A stretch of 32,000 nt of DNA from Xanthomonas campestris pv. campestris str. ATCC 33913. GTDB taxonomy: Bacteria; Pseudomonadota; Gammaproteobacteria; Xanthomonadales; Xanthomonadaceae. The stretch covers positions 4,616,497-4,648,496 of the forward strand of contig NC_003902.1 of NCBI RefSeq assembly GCF_000007145.1. The letters run 5' to 3'. Under the pieces are notes generated by a model that saw only the letters and a program-made list of their open reading frames with translations, was not told where the DNA came from and ran no database searches. The translations under genes were made by a program, and so were the position numbers. Shown in pieces: positions 24,885 to 32,000 of the stretch; positions within the stretch are counted from its first letter, which is position 1; the number at the start of each line of letters is the position of its first letter.

Positions 24885-25161
24885 CAGACGCAACCTGATT
24901 GCAGCGCAGCGCTGCGGCGTTTGTCGAAATCAGCAGCTGCCGAACGTCGTGTGCTGTGTGTCTTGCTGTGTCGTGCCCGCTGTTGAATTGCTGGAGCCCG
25001 CTGTGTGTGGCCGTGTTTGCCGTTGTCGCGCTGCATCGAGGCCGCTGTGCGGAATAGCGGCCGGCTGCTGCCCGTAGCCGCGGTGTTGCACCGTCGTCCT
25101 GCCATGCGTTGTCGCTTTGCCTTGCCGTTCCATTCCCGCCATTGCCCCGTCAGGAACCGTC

Positions 25162-25851
25162 ATGACCGCCCTTGTCACCCTGCGCAACATCACCAAGACC
25201 TACCAACGCGGCCCGGAAAAAGTGCAGGTGCTGCACGGCATCGACATGGAAATTGCCCGCGGCGATTTCGTCGCCATGATGGGGCCCTCCGGCTCCGGCA
25301 AGACCACCCTGCTCAACCTGATCGGCGGGCTGGACACACCCAGCGGCGGCGAGATCGAGATCGAAGGCGAGCGCATCGACCGCATGAGTGGCGGCCAGCT
25401 CGCCACCTGGCGCAGCCATCATGTCGGCTTCGTATTCCAGTTCTACAACCTGATGCCGATGCTCACCGCGCAGAAGAACGTGGAGCTGCCGTTGCTGCTC
25501 ACCTCGCTCAACGCCGCACAACGCAAGCGCAATGCGGAAATCGCCCTGACCCTGGTCGGCCTGCAGGAACGCCGCAACCACAAGCCCAGCGAATTGTCCG
25601 GCGGCCAACAGCAGCGCGTGGCGATTGCACGCGCGATCGTGTCCGACCCCACCTTCCTGATCTGCGACGAACCCACCGGCGATCTGGACCGCCACAACGC
25701 CGAGGAAATCCTGCGCCTGCTGCAGGAACTCAACCGCGAACACGGCAAGACCATCGTCATGGTCACCCACGACCCGAAGGCCGCCGAATACGCCACCCAC
25801 ACCATCCACCTGGACAAGGGTGAGCTGGCCGACGCGCCACTCGCGCTGTAA
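25162..25851 (+). CDS. ABC transporter ATP-binding protein (MacB/LolD-type)
   Basis: Walker [10 protein letters not shown], signature [14 protein letters not shown], Walker [14 protein letters not shown]-loop VTHD. AGGAA lies upstream of ATG 25162. Confidence 0.95.
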   Translation: MTALVTLRNITKTYQRGPEKVQVLHGIDMEIARGDFVAMMGPSGSGKTTLLNLIGGLDTPSGGEIEIEGERIDRMSGGQLATWRSHHVGFVFQFYNLMPMLTAQKNVELPLLLTSLNAAQRKRNAEIALTLVGLQERRNHKPSELSGGQQQRVAIARAIVSDPTFLICDEPTGDLDRHNAEEILRLLQELNREHGKTIVMVTHDPKAAEYATHTIHLDKGELADAPLAL

Positions 25852-25863
25852 AGGAGCGCTGCC

Positions 25864-27024
25864 ATGAAGTATCTCTCGCTGGTGTGGGCGCAACTGTTCC
25901 GCAGCAAGACGCGCACCTTGCTGACACTGCTGTCGGTGGTGGCGGCGTTCCTGTTGTTCGGCATGCTCGATTCGGTGCGCGTGGCGTTTACCTCCGGTGG
26001 CAACGTCAGCGGCGTGGACCGGTTGGTGGTGGCCTCGCGGCTGTCGATCACCCAATCGCTGCCGATCCGCCTGGAAAACCAGATTCGCAGCGTGCCGGGC
26101 GTGCGCGATGTGACCTCGGCGATGTGGTTCGGCGGCATCTACCAGGACCCGAAGAATTTCTTCCCGAACTTTTCGGTGGCGCCGAACTTCTTCGATGTCT
26201 ACAGCGAATACCAGCTACCCAAGGACCAGCTCAAGGCCTTCCAGACCACGCGCACCGGCGCGGTGGTCGGCGAGTCGCTGGCCAAGCAATTCGGCTGGAA
26301 GATCGGCGACACCATTCCACTGCAGGCCACCATCTTCCCGCGCAGCGGTAGCAACGATTGGCCGCTGCAACTGGTCGGTATCTTCCGCATGAAGGACCGC
26401 ACCGTGGCAGCCAACCAGGAACGCCAGTTGATGATGAACTGGAAATATTTCGACGAATCCAACGACTACATCAAGAACCAGGTGAGCTGGTACACGGTGA
26501 CCTTGCGCAGTGCCGACCAGGCCTCGCGCGTGGCGTTGGCGATCGACGCGTTGTCGGCCAACTCCGATCATGAAACCAAGTCGCAGACCGAATCGGCGTT
26601 CCAGCAGGCCTTTCTCAAGCAGTTCGCCGACATCGGTTTGATCGTCACCTCGATCATGGCCGCGGTGTTCTTCACCTTGCTGCTGCTGACCGGCAACACC
26701 ATGGCGCAGGCGGTGCGCGAGCGCATTCCGGAACTGGCCACGCTCAAGACGCTGGGATTCCAGGACCGCACCGTGCTGACGTTGGTGATGGTCGAATCGG
26801 TGTTGCTGATTGGCCTGGGCGGGTTGATCGGCATGGGGCTGTCGGCGTTGGTGATTCCGATGGTGGCCACGCGCAGCGGTGGCCTGATGCCGACACAGAC
26901 GGTGCCGCTGCAGACCTGGTTGGTCGGCCTGGGCCTGATGGCCGGGATCGGCATCGTGGTGGGTGTGCTGCCGGCGTTACGCGCGCAGCGCTTGAAGATC
27001 GTCGATGCCCTCGCCGGCCGCTGA
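25864..27024 (+). CDS. ABC transporter permease, FtsX/MacB-type (4 TM + periplasmic domain)
   Basis: AGGAG SD, 12 bp after the ATPase stop. TM1 ([15 protein letters not shown]), a periplasmic domain of about 220 aa, then three C-terminal TM helices (FtsX domain). Confidence 0.9.
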   Translation: MKYLSLVWAQLFRSKTRTLLTLLSVVAAFLLFGMLDSVRVAFTSGGNVSGVDRLVVASRLSITQSLPIRLENQIRSVPGVRDVTSAMWFGGIYQDPKNFFPNFSVAPNFFDVYSEYQLPKDQLKAFQTTRTGAVVGESLAKQFGWKIGDTIPLQATIFPRSGSNDWPLQLVGIFRMKDRTVAANQERQLMMNWKYFDESNDYIKNQVSWYTVTLRSADQASRVALAIDALSANSDHETKSQTESAFQQAFLKQFADIGLIVTSIMAAVFFTLLLLTGNTMAQAVRERIPELATLKTLGFQDRTVLTLVMVESVLLIGLGGLIGMGLSALVIPMVATRSGGLMPTQTVPLQTWLVGLGLMAGIGIVVGVLPALRAQRLKIVDALAGR

Positions 27025-27037
27025 CAGGAGCACGCAG

Positions 27038-28357
27038 ATGCAAAGCAAATGGAAGAACCGTCTGGTCAATCTGCTGTCGGTGGTGCTGCTGGCAATCGGC
27101 CTGGCTGCGTGGATCGCCTTGCCATGGACGTTGTTGCTGCCGATCGCCGCGCTGTTGGCGGTGTGGTTGGTGGTCACACGCAGCGGCCGGCTGTCGCTGG
27201 CGGCGGCACGCATCGGCATTGCGACGTTGCCGCAACGCTGGGGCTCCAGCTCGGTGATCGTGGTCGGCATCGCCGGTGTGGTCGGGGTGCTGGTGGCGAT
27301 GCTGGCGATGGGCCAGGGCTTCCAGGCCACGCTCAACAACACCGGCGACGACAGCACCGCCATTGTGCTGCGCGGCGGCTCGCAAGCGGAGACCAACTCG
27401 GTGATCACCCGCGATCTGGTGCCGTTGATCAGCAACCTGCCCGGCATTGCGACCGATGCCAACGGGCGCCCGCTGCTGTCGCCGGAATTGGCGCAGGTGG
27501 TCAACATCGCCTCCAAATCCGATGGCACCGACGTCAACGCGCAATTGCGCGGGGTGGGCGAACAGGCCTGGGCGGTGCACACCAAGGTCAAGCTGGTGCA
27601 GGGCCGCCACTTCACGCCCGGCCTGCGCGAGATCGTGGTCGGCAAGGGCGCGTTGAATCAGTTCCGCGGGCTGGAACTGGGCAAGACGCTCACCCTGGGC
27701 AGCCAACAGTGGACGGTGGTGGGCGTATTCGCGTCCGGCGATGCGCACGACTCGGAGATGTGGACCGACGCGCAGACCCTGGCCACCACCTACAACCGCA
27801 GCGCGTATCAGTCGATCACCGCGCGCACCGCCGGCAAACCGGGATTTGCGCAGTTCAAGGCCGCCATGGCGGCCGATCCACGGCTCAAGCTGGATGTGGA
27901 CACCACCCGCGCGTACTACGGCAAGCAGGGCGGCGGCTTGAACAAGTTGATCAGCATCCTGGGCACGGTGATCGGCGCGATCATGGCGGTGGGCGCGGTG
28001 TTTGGTGCGCTCAACACCATGTATGCCGCCGTGGCCACGCGGGCGCGCGAGATCGCCACCATGCGCGCGATCGGCTTCCGCGGGGTGCCGGTGATCATGG
28101 CGCTGATGCTGGAAACCATGCTGCTCGCCCTGCTCGGCGGCCTGCTGGGCGGGCTGATCGCTTGGGCAGTGTTCAACGGCTACACCGTCTCCACGCTGGG
28201 CAACAACTTCAGCCAGGTGGTGTTCCAGTTCAAGGTGTCGCCGGAGCTGCTGTGGAGCGGGCTGAAATGGGCGCTGGGCATTGGGCTGGTGGGCGGGCTG
28301 TTCCCGGCATTGCGCGCGGCGCGCTTGCCGATCACCACGGCATTGCGCGAGGTGTGA
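27038..28357 (+). CDS. Second FtsX/MacB-type ABC permease, with an extra N-terminal hydrophobic extension of about 50 aa
   Basis: AGGAG (27026-27030) lies upstream of ATG 27038, 13 bp after the previous stop. The canonical FtsX start region is LSLAAARIGIATLPQRWGSSSVIVVGIAGVVGV. It is preceded by two extra hydrophobic helices: LVNLLSVVLLAIGLAAWIALPW and LLLPIAALLAVWLVV. Confidence 0.9.
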   Translation: MQSKWKNRLVNLLSVVLLAIGLAAWIALPWTLLLPIAALLAVWLVVTRSGRLSLAAARIGIATLPQRWGSSSVIVVGIAGVVGVLVAMLAMGQGFQATLNNTGDDSTAIVLRGGSQAETNSVITRDLVPLISNLPGIATDANGRPLLSPELAQVVNIASKSDGTDVNAQLRGVGEQAWAVHTKVKLVQGRHFTPGLREIVVGKGALNQFRGLELGKTLTLGSQQWTVVGVFASGDAHDSEMWTDAQTLATTYNRSAYQSITARTAGKPGFAQFKAAMAADPRLKLDVDTTRAYYGKQGGGLNKLISILGTVIGAIMAVGAVFGALNTMYAAVATRAREIATMRAIGFRGVPVIMALMLETMLLALLGGLLGGLIAWAVFNGYTVSTLGNNFSQVVFQFKVSPELLWSGLKWALGIGLVGGLFPALRAARLPITTALREV

Positions 28358-28375
28358 GGCGGGCGGCTGTCCGCC

Positions 28376-28417
28376 GGGAGTGGGGAATGGGGATTGGGGA
28401 TTGGGGATTGGGAATGC
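28376..28417. repeat. Heptamer microsatellite GGGAGTG GGGAATG (GGGATTG)x3 GGAATGC
   Basis: Period-7 G-rich array starting 19 bp after the permease stop (28357). Single arm only; no opposing arm was found nearby. Confidence 0.85.
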
Positions 28418-28553
28418 ATGACAGCCAGGGCAAACCATCTGGCTGCGGCTGAACGCCGGGCGGGCTGTCATCGTTTTGTCACCGCACTGCGGTAGATGCG
28501 CGCGCCAGGCAGGCCGTAGTCTGCCCGGCCGCTTCGCCCTTCGATGCATTGCC

Positions 28554-29675
28554 ATGACGCGCCTGCTCCTGCTGGCCTGCGCCTGCCTTTGGCTGGCCGG
28601 CTGTTCCTCGTCCTCCACCTCGCTGAGCGAGCGCCTGGTCGCGCCCGGCGGCACCTCGCCGTTGCTGGACGAAGAACGCATTGCCGCCACCATCGCCAGC
28701 GTGCCCAGCCGCAGCGGGCACGTGGTCACCCGCGACCAGGTGCCGATCTTCTGGCGCGCGATCGACCCGGGCCAGTACGCCATGCGCTACCGCTACCGCG
28801 GCCAGCGGCATGACCCGGCGCATGCGCTGGACGTGGATTTCAGCTTCACCGCGCCCACCGCGGCCGCGCCGGCCACACCGCGCGGCACCGTGGTGCTGCT
28901 GCACGGCTGGATGATGGATGGCGATTCGCTGCTGCCGTGGTCGTTGGAGTTGGCGCAGGCCGGCTACCGCGTGGTCACCATCGACCTGCGCAACCACGGC
29001 CATTCCGGCGGTGGCCCGTCCGGCTACGGCACGCGCGAGTCCGACGACGTCATCGACGTGATCAATGCACTGCAGCCGCGCGGCGAGATCCAGGGCCCGC
29101 TGTATCTGTTCGGGATTTCCTACGGCGCGGCCACCGCGCTGTTCACCGCCGACAAACTGGGCGACCGCGTGGCCGGCGTGGTGGCCATGGAATCCTTCGC
29201 CAATGCCGGGCGCGGCATTCGCGACATGGTGCCGCACCTGCTCGCCAGCCAGCCCAACGGCTGGCGCGGGCAGGCGGTGGCGGCATATGCGCGCTGGCGC
29301 TACGGCGGCCAGGACATCGATGCGGTGATTGCCGCGGCAGACACGCAATTGCAGCTGGATCTGGACCATGTCGACGTCACTCAGGCATTGGCCGCCACAC
29401 GCAGCTGCGTGCTGCTGTTGCATGGCGATGCCGATCAGCACATTCCGGTGGCGCATGGCCGTGCCCTCGCCCTGGCCAGCCCGCGCGCGCACTACCTCGA
29501 GCTGCACGACGAAGACCATCTGAGCCTGCCGTTGCGCCTGGACCTGCTGGCGCAGCCGATCGATGCCTGGCTGGCGCAAACGCAACAGGACCGCGGCACT
29601 TGCCCGGCCCCGCAGGCGCTGCCGGCCTCCACACTTGCTGTCGCGGCGGCGGCTGCAACGCCGCCGCGTAGCTGA
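28554..29675 (+). CDS. Alpha/beta-hydrolase lipoprotein
   Basis: MTRLLLLACACLWLAGC lipobox. HGW oxyanion region (VVLLHGWMMDG), nucleophile elbow GISYG, and C-terminal LLHGDADQHIP ... DH. The track start at 28476 is an extension. Confidence 0.8.
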   Translation: MTRLLLLACACLWLAGCSSSSTSLSERLVAPGGTSPLLDEERIAATIASVPSRSGHVVTRDQVPIFWRAIDPGQYAMRYRYRGQRHDPAHALDVDFSFTAPTAAAPATPRGTVVLLHGWMMDGDSLLPWSLELAQAGYRVVTIDLRNHGHSGGGPSGYGTRESDDVIDVINALQPRGEIQGPLYLFGISYGAATALFTADKLGDRVAGVVAMESFANAGRGIRDMVPHLLASQPNGWRGQAVAAYARWRYGGQDIDAVIAAADTQLQLDLDHVDVTQALAATRSCVLLLHGDADQHIPVAHGRALALASPRAHYLELHDEDHLSLPLRLDLLAQPIDAWLAQTQQDRGTCPAPQALPASTLAVAAAAATPPRS

Positions 29676-29829
29676 TCGCAGGGCAGGCCGTCGCTTCAGA
29701 GCACTGCGCGGGCGCTCGCAAGCGCGCGTAGCGAAACCAGATAGCACATCGAGTCCCGCACGCAGGTACATCAAGCACGCGACCACATTCCGCGCGCACT
29801 CTCACACCTGCATGCCTCACGCGTTGCGC

Positions 29830-30738
29830 TCAGCGCGACGCCGCAGGCCTGCGCGCACGCCACACGCTGTCGCCGACAAACAACAACAAGCCCAGCCAGA
29901 TCGCGGCAAATCCAATCGCACGGCCCGGGTCGAACGGCTCATGGAAGAACCACACGCCCAGCAGCAGCTGCAGACTCGGCGCGATGTATTGCAGGATGCC
30001 CACCAGCGACAGCGGAATACGCCGCACACCGTAGGCGAACCCGATCAACGGCAAGGCCGTGACCACGCCGCCGAAGATCAGCATCGCATCGGTGCCCAGG
30101 CTCCAGCTGCCGATAAAACCGCCGCCGTGGCCGTATTCGCCCCAGCCAACCAGCAGCAGTGCCGGCACGAACAGATACACGCTTTCCACGCCCAGGCCGG
30201 CCACCGGATCCACCGCCACCAGTTTGCGCAGCAAGCCATACAACCCGAACGAACTCGCCAGCCCCAACGCGATCCACGGCGGCGCGCCCGCATCCAGCGT
30301 CAGCCACAGCACGCCCAGCGCCGCGCATGCCACCGCCACCCATTGCAGACGCCGCAAGCGCTCCTTCAACACCACCACGCCCAGCAGCACGCTCAGCAGC
30401 GGGTTGATGAAGTAGCCCAGGCTGCTCTCGATCACATGCCCGGCGTTGATTGCCCAGATATACAGGCCCCAGTTGAAGGCAATCGCCACGCTGCTGCCGG
30501 CCAGCATCGCCAGCGCGCGCGGCTGCGCGGCGATCGTGCGCCACCAGCGCAAGCCGGAGGTGGCCACCAGCCACGCCACCACCAGCAGCGCACTCCAGAC
30601 GATGCGATGGCCAATGATCTGCAGCGACGGCACCGCCTTGAGCACATGCCAGTACAGCGGAATCACGCCCCACAACACGAAGGTGGACGCGGTGATCAAC
30701 AAACCGCGGCGCGCTTCGACCGGCGACACCGCGCTCAT
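29830..30738 (-). CDS. rarD: EamA/DMT-family transporter RarD
   Basis: Colinear with E. coli RarD from memory: FVLWGVIPLYW, GHRIVWS, ESSLGYFINPLLSVLLG, LGLASSFGLYGLLRK, LQYIAPSL. The real start is ATG 30738; the track start at 31050 is an extension. Confidence 0.9.
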   Translation of the reverse strand: MSAVSPVEARRGLLITASTFVLWGVIPLYWHVLKAVPSLQIIGHRIVWSALLVVAWLVATSGLRWWRTIAAQPRALAMLAGSSVAIAFNWGLYIWAINAGHVIESSLGYFINPLLSVLLGVVVLKERLRRLQWVAVACAALGVLWLTLDAGAPPWIALGLASSFGLYGLLRKLVAVDPVAGLGVESVYLFVPALLLVGWGEYGHGGGFIGSWSLGTDAMLIFGGVVTALPLIGFAYGVRRIPLSLVGILQYIAPSLQLLLGVWFFHEPFDPGRAIGFAAIWLGLLLFVGDSVWRARRPAASR

Positions 30739-31637
30739 CGGCGCGCCTTGGCAAGCGTCACCACCAGCACGCCGCACAGGATCACCGCCATTGCGCCGAT
30801 ATCGTGCGCACTGAAACGTTCGTGGCCAAGCCAGGCGCCCAGGCTCACCGCAATCACCGGGTTGACGTACGCATAGCTGCCGGCCAGCGCCGGGCGCACG
30901 TGATGCAACAGCCACACGTACGCTGTGAACGCCACGATCGAGCCGAACACGCACAGGTAGGCCACCGCCAGCAGGCCCTGCGTGGTGGGCCAGGCGTGCG
31001 GGCGTTCGCCCAGCAACAGGCCGGTGCTCACCAGCAACACGCCGCCGCACAGCATCTGCCCGGCGGCGGTCATGAACGGGGTCGGCAGATCACGCCCGCG
31101 CGACCACACCGAGCCGAATGCCCAGCCGATCGGCGCGATCAGCAACAACACCAGCCCGCCCGGCGTGGCGGTCAGGCTGCTGCCGGCATTGAGCCAGACC
31201 ACGCCAAGAAATCCGATCACGATGCCCAGCCATTCGCCGCGGCTGGCGTGCTGGCCGCGCAACGCGCCGAACAAGGCCATCCACAACGGCACCGATGCCA
31301 CCGCGGTCGCCGCCAGGCCCGACGACACGCTGCGCTCGGCCAGCACCACCATGCCGTTGCCCAACAGCAACAGCGCCGCGCCCATGAACGCCACATTCTT
31401 CCATTGCGCAGGCGTCGGTGCGGCCACGCCACGCCAGCGCAGCACCGCATACAACAGCGTGCCGGCAACGATGAAGCGCGCGCCGGACACCATCGTCAGC
31501 GGTTGCGCGCCGCCGGCCAGGGCGAAGCGGATCACCAGGTACGTCGAGCCCCACACCACGTAGACCAGCAGCAGCGCGAGAACGACCAACCCGTTGCGCG
31601 CAGGCGCAGGCGCGGCAGCGTTGTGAGAGGAAGACAT
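30735..31637 (-). CDS. yedA: EamA/DMT-family exporter, YedA-like
   Basis: Resembles E. coli YedA: VVWGSTYLVIRFAL, LLLGNGMVVLAE, IGWAFGSVWSR, FGSIVAFTAYVWLL, SYAYVNPVIAV. Its stop overlaps the rarD start (ATGA at 30735-30738). Confidence 0.85.
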   Translation of the reverse strand: MSSSHNAAAPAPARNGLVVLALLLVYVVWGSTYLVIRFALAGGAQPLTMVSGARFIVAGTLLYAVLRWRGVAAPTPAQWKNVAFMGAALLLLGNGMVVLAERSVSSGLAATAVASVPLWMALFGALRGQHASRGEWLGIVIGFLGVVWLNAGSSLTATPGGLVLLLIAPIGWAFGSVWSRGRDLPTPFMTAAGQMLCGGVLLVSTGLLLGERPHAWPTTQGLLAVAYLCVFGSIVAFTAYVWLLHHVRPALAGSYAYVNPVIAVSLGAWLGHERFSAHDIGAMAVILCGVLVVTLAKARR

Positions 31638-31759
31638 CGGACAGGCCAAGTGCAGCGGAAGCTTCAATTCTAGAGCACCTGCACACGCCCTCGTGCCGCA
31701 TGCGCTCGCCTGCCGCGCACGTTATGGTGCCTACCGACTCTCATCACGATGGAATGCTT

Positions 31760-32000
31760 ATGCAGCGTCGCATCACCTTGCTGGCTCTGGCCGCCCTGAG
31801 CCTGCTCTCCACCACTGCAGCGGCGCGCACGCCCGAGCCTGGGAACTCACCGGGCAGACGCTGATCGATGCCGGACTGGACGGTTCGCTGGCACCGGAAA
31901 TCGACGCACCCGGGCAGCCCGAACTCAAGGTCATGGTCTCGGCCAGCCGCGCTGGCGCGTACGTACTCGGCGTCGCCAGCACCGGCTATCGCACCAAGTG
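31760..32000 (+). pseudogene. Secreted-protein gene that appears frameshifted (or carries a sequencing error); continues past the window edge
   Basis: ATG 31760 encodes a clean signal peptide (MQRRITLLALAALSLLSTTAAA) but hits TGA at 31862. The frame starting TGG at 31840 (WELTGQTLIDAGLDGSLAPEIDAPGQPELKVMVSASRAGAYVLGVASTGYRTK) is open to the edge with high GC3. Removing 2 nt in the GCGCGC run at 31823-31828 joins the two frames. Confidence 0.35.

Noticed and set aside
23471-25105. 544-aa minus-strand ORF
   Set aside because: It is antisense to the MFP gene and to the palindromic element, is Arg/His/Gly-rich, and has no motifs.
26744-28783. 679-aa minus-strand ORF
   Set aside because: It is antisense to the two permease genes, the heptamer array and the hydrolase start. 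Shadow ORF.
31773-31982. 69-aa minus-strand ORF
   Set aside because: It is antisense to the better-supported secreted-protein frames. It has no start context and its composition is shadow-like.
1-32000. tRNA, rRNA, prophage, toxin or defence-island signatures
   Set aside because: I scanned for T-arm-like GGTTCGA motifs, rRNA-like conserved blocks, integrase or phage structural genes, and cas or restriction genes. None was seen.

Overview
32 kb of roughly 65% GC DNA. Gene content, codon bias and intergenic repeat types look like a Xanthomonas-type (Xanthomonadaceae) chromosome; this is inference, nothing was searched. I support about 34 protein-coding genes, mostly core envelope, stress and transport functions. 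They include an edge-truncated DUF3182/ATP-grasp-like gene that is missing from the ORF track, a DUF4142 lipoprotein, yfcH, a DUF4126 protein coupled to an FAD disulfide oxidoreductase, an OmpR-type two-component system, and a DUF3313 lipoprotein. Further along are a Lys/Ala-rich histone-H1-like protein, HtrA/DegP, a yqjD-yqjE-yqjK-like triad, an AI-2E transporter, a HAD hydrolase, an M17 aminopeptidase, and a catalase-related protein coupled to cytochrome b561. The window ends with a ThuA-like protein, a DesK/DesR-type two-component system divergent from an MFP + MacB-type ABC operon with two FtsX permeases, a lipoprotein alpha/beta hydrolase, and rarD-yedA. One intact IS10-like (IS4 family) element with a perfect 9-bp target duplication is the only clear mobile element. 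I saw no rRNA, tRNA, CRISPR array, prophage or recognisable defence island. I did not find a convincing new multi-gene system. The most unusual signals are non-coding: a 147-bp palindromic MITE/REP-doublet-like element splitting the ABC operon, with a short relative 22 kb away; two G-rich heptamer microsatellite arrays directly after stop codons; a T/G-rich tract with a Cys-rich mini-ORF upstream of the ABC ATPase; and a 12-bp perfect palindrome in the TCS/ABC divergent promoter. Many long ORFs in the track are antisense shadow ORFs typical of high-GC DNA and were rejected. All family names come from my reading of the translations and from memory, not from database searches.
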